A stretch of DNA of 64,000 nt from Limibacterium fermenti (GTDB taxonomy: Bacteria > Bacteroidota > Bacteroidia > Bacteroidales > Dysgonomonadaceae): assembly GCF_041902845.1 (NCBI RefSeq), contig NZ_CP159486.1, positions 2,623,935-2,687,934 of the forward strand. The letters run 5' to 3'. The notes below the pieces were generated by a model. The model was not told where the DNA came from and did no database searches. It was given only the letters and a program-made list of their open reading frames with translations. Made by a program: the position numbers and the translations under genes. The number at the start of each line of letters is the position of its first letter. Within the stretch, counting starts at the first letter, position 1. Of this stretch, positions 57,777-64,000 are shown piece by piece.

Positions 57777-58637
57777 TTATCCCAGATAACTTTTCAGTAG
57801 TTTACTTCTCGAATCCTGCCTCAAACGACGAATGGCCTTTTCCTTAATCTGTCTTACTCTTTCGCGCGTCAACTGGAACTTATCTCCAATCTCCTCGAGG
57901 GTCATTTCCTGACAACCGATACCGAAAAACATTTTAATGATATCGCTTTCCCTTTCCGTAAGAGTAGATAAAGCTCGGTCAATCTCTTTTTGCAAAGACT
58001 CGTTAATAAGCGTACGATCGGCAATGGGAGCATCGTCATTCACTAAAACATCCAACAAACTATTGTCCTCTCCTTCGACAAAGGGAGCATCCATAGAGAT
58101 ATGGCGTCCTGAAACTTTCAGAGAATCGGTTATTTTATCGACCGATATATCCAACTCATTCGCGAGTTCTTCGGCAGAAGGACGGCGTTCGTTTTCCTGT
58201 TCGAATTTCTGAAAAGCCTTATTTATTTTATTTAATGACCCCACTTGATTCAACGGAAGCCTGACAATACGCGACTGTTCGGCTAACGCCTGCAAGATAG
58301 ATTGACGTATCCACCAAACAGCATAACTGATAAATTTAAATCCACGGGTTTCATCAAATTTTTCGGCAGCCTTAATAAGGCCCAGATTTCCTTCATTAAT
58401 AAGGTCCGGCAAGCTTAATCCTTGATTCTGATATTGCTTAGCCACCGATACGACAAATCGAAGGTTGGCTCTCGTTAATTTTTCAAGAGCTTGCCTGTCA
58501 CCCTTCTTAATAGCCTGAGCGAGTTCCACTTCTTCTTCTACTGTAATCAAATCTTCACGTCCAATTTCCTGAAGATATTTGTCCAAAGAAGCGCTTTCGC
58601 GATTTGTAATCGATTTTGTTATCTTTAATTGTCTCAT
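57777..58637 (-). CDS. rpoD: RNA polymerase sigma factor RpoD (short Bacteroidetes sigma-70)
   Basis: It is 286 aa with regions 2, 3 and 4 ([15 protein letters not shown]; [35 protein letters not shown]). Confidence 0.85.
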   Translation of the reverse strand: MRQLKITKSITNRESASLDKYLQEIGREDLITVEEEVELAQAIKKGDRQALEKLTRANLRFVVSVAKQYQNQGLSLPDLINEGNLGLIKAAEKFDETRGFKFISYAVWWIRQSILQALAEQSRIVRLPLNQVGSLNKINKAFQKFEQENERRPSAEELANELDISVDKITDSLKVSGRHISMDAPFVEGEDNSLLDVLVNDDAPIADRTLINESLQKEIDRALSTLTERESDIIKMFFGIGCQEMTLEEIGDKFQLTRERVRQIKEKAIRRLRQDSRSKLLKSYLG

Positions 58638-58834
58638 CTTCTATAATCGTTCTCCTGTCTAAAAGGGGGTGCAAAATTAATCATTTTTTTAATCATGACG
58701 AAAAAAAGATTATTTATTCCCCGCAAAATATCAAAGGAAACGGCAATATTGCCGAATCCTTTGCTATACAAACACCGAATAAGCTATTTTTGTTACGTAA
58801 ATCCACCTTATTAACTCTAATTAACGCCAAGGCT

Positions 58835-60370
58835 TTATTTCCGGGTCAAATCAATCGGTATATACTGGGTTCTTCCATTGGGAGGATAGAAACCAGCTAT
58901 CAATATCACTTTATCTTCGCGGGTAGATGTGGCCGCTACGATTCGTGAAATATCCCCCTCATTATTGACAGGCGCATTATTAATCCTCATAATAATAAAG
59001 CCTTTATTGATTCCTCCTTTTTTGAAAAGGCCCGAATTCTGAACCGAAACGACTTCCACACCACTACTTATTCCTAATTGACGTTTCTTATCGACCGAAA
59101 CCTCTTTGAAATCCGCGCCTAACAGTTGCACGCCATCGGAACCACGCATTATTTCGGTATTTCCTTCATCATTCTTAAGTTCTACGGTAAACGAACGTTC
59201 CTTTCCTTTACGATCGACCGTCACTTTAATTTTATCGCCGGGACGATATCGATTCAACTGGCTTTGCAATTCGGCAAAATTACGGATAGGTACATTATTA
59301 ATAGCCGTAAGAATATCCCCTTTCTCGATACCGGCAGCTTTGGCAGCACTACGATCACTGAAATCTTCTACCAAAACCCCTTTTATTTGAGATAACTCAC
59401 GCGCTTTATCAGGATCTCGCCGCCGAATCTCTTCAATATTGGGAACGGAAATCCCCAACATAGCACGTTGTACGGTTCCGAACTCCTTTAAATCAGAAGC
59501 CACTTTTCCTGCGATCGAAATAGGAACGGCGAATGCATAACCGGTAAAATCTCCCGTTGAAGAATAAATCATCGTATTAATTCCCACTAATTCCCCTTTT
59601 GTATTTACTAATGCTCCGCCACTGTTTCCCCGGTTTACAGCCGCATCGACCTGAATAAAAGACTGAATGCCTAAACTACCGTCTCCGACATTAGAGCGGT
59701 TTTTGGCACTTACGATACCGGCCGTCACAGTAGAAGTGAGATTAAACGGATTGCCAACCGCCAATACCCACTCGCCGACCTTCAAAGCATCGGAATTGCC
59801 GAACGTGAGATACGGGAAATTATCTCCTTCGATTTTTAATAAAGCGATATCACTTTGCGAGTCGGTGCCCACAACCTTGGCGATAAACTCCCTATTGTCG
59901 TTTAAAGAAACCGACACTTCGGTAGCATTGGCCACTACGTGATTGTTCGTAATAATGTAACCGTCTTTCGAGATGATTACGCCGGATCCGAAGCCTAACT
60001 GTTCACGGGGCTCTCCGTATTGAAAATCGCGACCGCCGAATCCAAAAAGCAAATCTAACGGATTAATGTATTCCTGTCGGCTTATCGATTTTGTTTTGAC
60101 ATGCACGACACCGTTTACCGAACGGGCCGCAGCTTCCGTAAAATCGGGATACCCTTCGGCTGTCGTCAAGTTGGTCAATGTCACATTCGGATCCTGCTTA
60201 AATGATGTCGCATATTCGCCGACATCCACCATGGAAAGAGAATTGTCCGATTGATTTCCAAAAGGCAACTGTTTCTTATTTATGGCATTGTAACCCAAAA
60301 GAGTTACCACGGAACTGAGTATCGCCACCACAATGATAACGAGTAAGTTTTTTGTATTTCCTATGTTCAT
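58835..60370 (-). CDS. htrA: Do/HtrA-family serine endopeptidase with PDZ domains
   Basis: The catalytic triad context (…HVV…, D, GNSGGALVN) and two PDZ-like regions are present. The start is set at the internal ATG (MNIGNTKNLLVIIVV signal peptide). Confidence 0.85.
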   Translation of the reverse strand: MNIGNTKNLLVIIVVAILSSVVTLLGYNAINKKQLPFGNQSDNSLSMVDVGEYATSFKQDPNVTLTNLTTAEGYPDFTEAAARSVNGVVHVKTKSISRQEYINPLDLLFGFGGRDFQYGEPREQLGFGSGVIISKDGYIITNNHVVANATEVSVSLNDNREFIAKVVGTDSQSDIALLKIEGDNFPYLTFGNSDALKVGEWVLAVGNPFNLTSTVTAGIVSAKNRSNVGDGSLGIQSFIQVDAAVNRGNSGGALVNTKGELVGINTMIYSSTGDFTGYAFAVPISIAGKVASDLKEFGTVQRAMLGISVPNIEEIRRRDPDKARELSQIKGVLVEDFSDRSAAKAAGIEKGDILTAINNVPIRNFAELQSQLNRYRPGDKIKVTVDRKGKERSFTVELKNDEGNTEIMRGSDGVQLLGADFKEVSVDKKRQLGISSGVEVVSVQNSGLFKKGGINKGFIIMRINNAPVNNEGDISRIVAATSTREDKVILIAGFYPPNGRTQYIPIDLTRK

Positions 60371-60551
60371 ATTAAACTGTTTTAGAATGTTCGTTTTAAC
60401 ATTTTTAGTTTCGCAAATATAGAACAAAAAACATACAATAATTCTCTTTGGATTTTACTTTTTAACACTTTTAACGGAAAGAGTAAGCGATTAACCCGCT
60501 TTAACCCATTTATCTATTACAAAAGTTTGTACAATGACAAAATGGCACCTT

Positions 60552-61739
60552 TTAATAAGACCAATACCTTTTATTATGCCCCCTCCCTTTGGCATATTTT
60601 CTAAGCCGAATATTACTGACAGGCTGAAAAAGATCGAAAAACAGCAAATTAATATGAAACTTTCCGGCATCGAACCATTTACTGCTTTTATTCAAAAGGA
60701 TAAGTTGGGAACCATACCTCCCGACAAAAAGAAGAACCGCCAACAAAAACAAGAGACCGTTTCCGTTTAAGAAACTCCAGATCAATGTTCCCAGCAGCAA
60801 CACATAAAAAGCATATTTCGAAAGTGTCTCCCAACGCCAAAAAGCAGAAGCCCCCCCTTTATAAAAATGCCTCCCGTAAATATATCTCGATTTAAACATT
60901 TTCCAATCGGCAAAGCTCGTTATCGTGTCGGACTCCGTCATACTTTGGGGTGAAACAACGACTCCCGTATTATCAGAAGTCGCGACGCGATTGACAAAAA
61001 GGTCGTCCTCCCCGTCATTCATATTTAAAACCGACGAAAAGCCGTTCGCCTTGTAGAATAGTTGCTTCCGGTATGCCATATTGCGGCCATTCCCCATAAA
61101 GGGTTTATGCCGTAAAGCCATGGACAAATATTTGAGGCTGTAAATCAGATTATCAAATAATATAAAATGCCGCATGGCGCACTTTTTCTTTATATGCAGC
61201 TTACAATAGCCGAGAACAATATCATTTCCTTTGATAAACTCGCGGGCAAACGCTTTAATCCATTGGTCGGAACAAGGTTTACAATACGCTTCGGTAAAAA
61301 GTAGAATATCATTCTTAGCCGCTTTGATGCCTAACATCAGCGCTAATTTCTTTTCATTTACTCTTTCCGCTTCCGCAGGGACATACGTATGATAAAGGTG
61401 CTCGTATTTTTGTTCGAGCGACTGGAGAAGTAAATCCGTCTCGAGGGTCGAGCCGCGATTGACGACAATCACTTCGAAGCGCGGATAATCCTGTTCGAGA
61501 ATAGCCGGAAGATTCTTAGCCAAATTTTCCGAATTGTCCCGTGAGGAGATAATCACCGATACACCCGGCCACTCAATACCCTCCTCATCCGGATGAGAAT
61601 TTTTTTGTCCATGCGCATACGGCTTTCTATATAAGAAAAAAGAAAAAAATAATTGGGTCAGAAAGAAGAAAAGCAATGCGCTCACAAGACTCCATTCTAT
61701 AACAGAGAACCCGGAAAAAGAAATAGTTGAAAAATCCAT
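60552..61739 (-). CDS. Glycosyltransferase family 2 membrane protein
   Basis: The 395-aa ORF has the GT2 core (VSVIISSRDNSENL…DYPRFEVIVV) and C-terminal TM helices. Confidence 0.7.
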   Translation of the reverse strand: MDFSTISFSGFSVIEWSLVSALLFFFLTQLFFSFFLYRKPYAHGQKNSHPDEEGIEWPGVSVIISSRDNSENLAKNLPAILEQDYPRFEVIVVNRGSTLETDLLLQSLEQKYEHLYHTYVPAEAERVNEKKLALMLGIKAAKNDILLFTEAYCKPCSDQWIKAFAREFIKGNDIVLGYCKLHIKKKCAMRHFILFDNLIYSLKYLSMALRHKPFMGNGRNMAYRKQLFYKANGFSSVLNMNDGEDDLFVNRVATSDNTGVVVSPQSMTESDTITSFADWKMFKSRYIYGRHFYKGGASAFWRWETLSKYAFYVLLLGTLIWSFLNGNGLLFLLAVLLFVGRYGSQLILLNKSSKWFDAGKFHINLLFFDLFQPVSNIRLRKYAKGRGHNKRYWSY

Positions 61740-61746
61740 TTTATAT

Positions 61747-62904
61747 TTATAGAGAATCGGAGAAGTACGATTTCGGAAGCTCCCGGCAATTATAGTGAGA
61801 AGCCATCACCTCTCCATACGCCCCGGCCGACCGAATAGCGATTAAATCACCCCTTTTCGCTTCGTTTAAAGAAATATCCTGCGCAAACACATCGCTCGAC
61901 TCACAAATCGGGCCGACCACATCGTAGGTGGTATATTCTTGATCGGAACCGATATTCTCAATGTGATGAAAAGCTTTATATAAAGCAGGACGAATTAAAT
62001 CGGTCATTCCCGCATCGACAATCAGAAATTTTTTATTGATTCCCTCTTTTATATAGGTAGCACGGGTGATGAGGGAACCGCAAGGAGCCACCATCGAACG
62101 TCCCAATTCGAAATGCAACGCTTGCCCGTCATCCATTGTGAGATACTTCTCGAATAACCGAAAGTAAGATTCAAAATCGGCGATAGGATAATGATTGGGA
62201 TGTTGATAATTAATTCCTAACCCTCCACCGACATTTATCAGCGGCAGAACCGCTCCCCAACTCTTTAACCGCTGCCGAAACTCAATGGCTTTTACACAGA
62301 GGTCCTCAAACGAGGACAAGTCGGTAATCTGAGAGCCGATATGAAAATGAATGCCGATTAACTCGATATGCGAATACGCCCCGATCATTTCCAAGGCTTT
62401 CGGCAGATCGCGTTCATTCAAGCCGAACTTGTTCTCTTGCAATCCCGTAGTAATGTAACGATGGGTATGGGCATCCACATTCGGATTGATCCGTAAAGCA
62501 ATACGCGCCGTCTTCCCTTTTTCGGAAGCAAGCGTTTCAATGACTTCCAACTCAGGCAACGATTCTACATTAAAGCAAAAAATATCGTTATCGAGGCCGA
62601 TACGGATTTCCTTATCCGTCTTACCGACACCGGCAAACACAATCTTCGAGGCATCAAAGCCACACTCCAAGGCGCGGAGGACTTCATTCCCGCTGACACA
62701 ATCCGCCCCGAATCCGTAAGCGGCTATTGCTTTTAATATCCGGGGATTGGCATTCGCCTTAACGGCATAATGAACGTGGAAGTTTTTATCCTTTACCGCT
62801 GTTTTAACGGTGTCGAGCGTCTTGTGCAATAACTCGATATCGTAATAATAAAAAGGAGTTTCTATCGATTGGAACTTTTCTACAGGGAATTGACCTTTAA
62901 TCAT
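61747..62904 (-). CDS. lysA: Diaminopimelate decarboxylase
   Basis: PLP-dependent decarboxylase motifs (YAVKANANP; GGGLGI) are present. The protein is 385 aa. Confidence 0.85.
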   Translation of the reverse strand: MIKGQFPVEKFQSIETPFYYYDIELLHKTLDTVKTAVKDKNFHVHYAVKANANPRILKAIAAYGFGADCVSGNEVLRALECGFDASKIVFAGVGKTDKEIRIGLDNDIFCFNVESLPELEVIETLASEKGKTARIALRINPNVDAHTHRYITTGLQENKFGLNERDLPKALEMIGAYSHIELIGIHFHIGSQITDLSSFEDLCVKAIEFRQRLKSWGAVLPLINVGGGLGINYQHPNHYPIADFESYFRLFEKYLTMDDGQALHFELGRSMVAPCGSLITRATYIKEGINKKFLIVDAGMTDLIRPALYKAFHHIENIGSDQEYTTYDVVGPICESSDVFAQDISLNEAKRGDLIAIRSAGAYGEVMASHYNCRELPKSYFSDSL

Positions 62905-63017
62905 TTTATCTATAAATAATGAATCGTCTGAGTGAACCGAAACGGAGGGAAGCGTCCGGCTTTATCCGTTTCGAGATGCAAAAATACGATTTTTCTCTTT
63001 CAGCACCTCAAAATCGC

Positions 63018-63935
63018 TTAACTATCTTTCAGTCCATCGAGATAAGAAAACGCTTTCTCCAACTTTTGAGACATCGGAAGAGACGCTTCGATCCAATGGA
63101 TGGTAAATCCACGGCGTTCCATTCCTCTAAACCAGGTCATTTGCCGCTTGGCAAACTGATGAATGGCCGTCTCGAGTTGCGAAAACATTTCGCCATAAGA
63201 CAACCGCCCGATGACATAAAGCGTAAGATATTTATATTCCAAACCATAATAAAGGAGGTCTTCGGCTGTAAGGCCGCCAGCGAGCAATCGCTCCACTTCC
63301 TGAACCATCCCCTCTTCCAGCCGCGTGCGGAGGCGTGAGGTAATGCGCGCCCGTCTTTCCTCGCGATCGATATGAATGCCGAAAATAACACTTTCCAATG
63401 CCGGGAAATCGCACACGCCTACAACTTGCCTTGCCTGGAAATCGGCAATCTCGATAGCCCGGATCGCCCGCTTTTCCGTGTCGATATCCGTCGTATTATG
63501 CAGCGTTTTATATCCTCGCAAAATACCGGCTAATTCGGGCAACGACTTCCCCTCGAGCGAATGCCTCAATGCCGTATTGACAGGCACATCGGGAAGATGA
63601 TATCCTTTCAGAACCGATTCGATATACAGGCCCGTTCCTCCGCACAAAACAGGTGTTTTGCCGCGTGCGACGATATCGGCATACACCCGGTGGAAATCAT
63701 GCTGATAGTGATAAAGCGTATATTTATCTCCCGCATCGCGAATGTCGATAAGATGATAGGGAATTTCGACACCCTCAATCGTGTAATCCGACAGGTCTTT
63801 GCCGGTGCCGATATCCATGCCTCGATACACTTGCCGTGAATCACCGCTGATTATCTCGCCTCCGACACGATATGCCAATTGCGTTGCAAAGGACGTCTTT
63901 CCGCTGGCCGTTGGCCCAAGAACTGTTATAAGCAT
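63018..63935 (-). CDS. miaA: tRNA dimethylallyltransferase
   Basis: The N-terminal P-loop VLGPTASGKT and the DSRQVYRGMDIGT motif are present. Confidence 0.9.
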   Translation of the reverse strand: MLITVLGPTASGKTSFATQLAYRVGGEIISGDSRQVYRGMDIGTGKDLSDYTIEGVEIPYHLIDIRDAGDKYTLYHYQHDFHRVYADIVARGKTPVLCGGTGLYIESVLKGYHLPDVPVNTALRHSLEGKSLPELAGILRGYKTLHNTTDIDTEKRAIRAIEIADFQARQVVGVCDFPALESVIFGIHIDREERRARITSRLRTRLEEGMVQEVERLLAGGLTAEDLLYYGLEYKYLTLYVIGRLSYGEMFSQLETAIHQFAKRQMTWFRGMERRGFTIHWIEASLPMSQKLEKAFSYLDGLKDS

Positions 63936-63952
63936 TGTCCATTCTCCATTTT

Positions 63953-64000
63953 TTACCAGCTTCCCCCGGCGCCGCCGCCACCGAAACTTCCGCCGCCTCC
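63953..64000 (-). CDS. 3' end of an upstream gene ending in a glycine-rich tail (…GGGGSFGGGGAGGSW*). It is partial at the window edge.
   Basis: Reverse-complement translation of the last 48 nt gives a Gly-rich C-terminus ending at a TAA (plus-strand TTA at 63953-63955). Confidence 0.3.
   Translation of the reverse strand, partial: GGGGSFGGGGAGGSW

Overview
The window reads as a Bacteroidales (Bacteroidota) chromosomal segment, based on TAnnTTTG -7 promoter motifs, a MurF-Alr fusion, a BlaR1-TonB fusion, TAT-signal TldD/PmbA and a short RpoD. By eye it is about 50% GC and is mostly housekeeping and envelope genes: PBP1A, TldD/PmbA, a TonB-dependent receptor, serA/serC, recR, tsaC, a ClC channel, fmt, NfeD-flotillin-lipocalin, engB, purA, fur, rlmI, murF-alr, ompA, rpoD, htrA, lysA and miaA. 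The first ~5.6 kb is a visibly AT-rich island that carries the 5' part of a type I-B-like CRISPR-Cas effector operon on the minus strand (cas8b-like, cas7, cas5, cas3; cas3 runs off the window start). No cas6 lies upstream, and no cas1/cas2/cas4 or CRISPR array is visible in the window. The island is flanked by a hypothetical gene, a 21-bp in-frame tandem repeat and a GC-rich IS110-family insertion. Several unexplained non-coding structures recur. One is a family of four MITE-like inverted-repeat elements. Another is a set of short purine-rich degenerate repeats, placed immediately 3' of stop codons at seven loci and carrying stop triplets in all three frames. There are also two further tandem-repeat arrays, of about 42 bp and about 43 bp, the latter with a palindromic AAAAGTACTTTT core. 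A candidate promoter-plus-terminator small RNA and a decayed YafY-like regulator pseudogene are also present.
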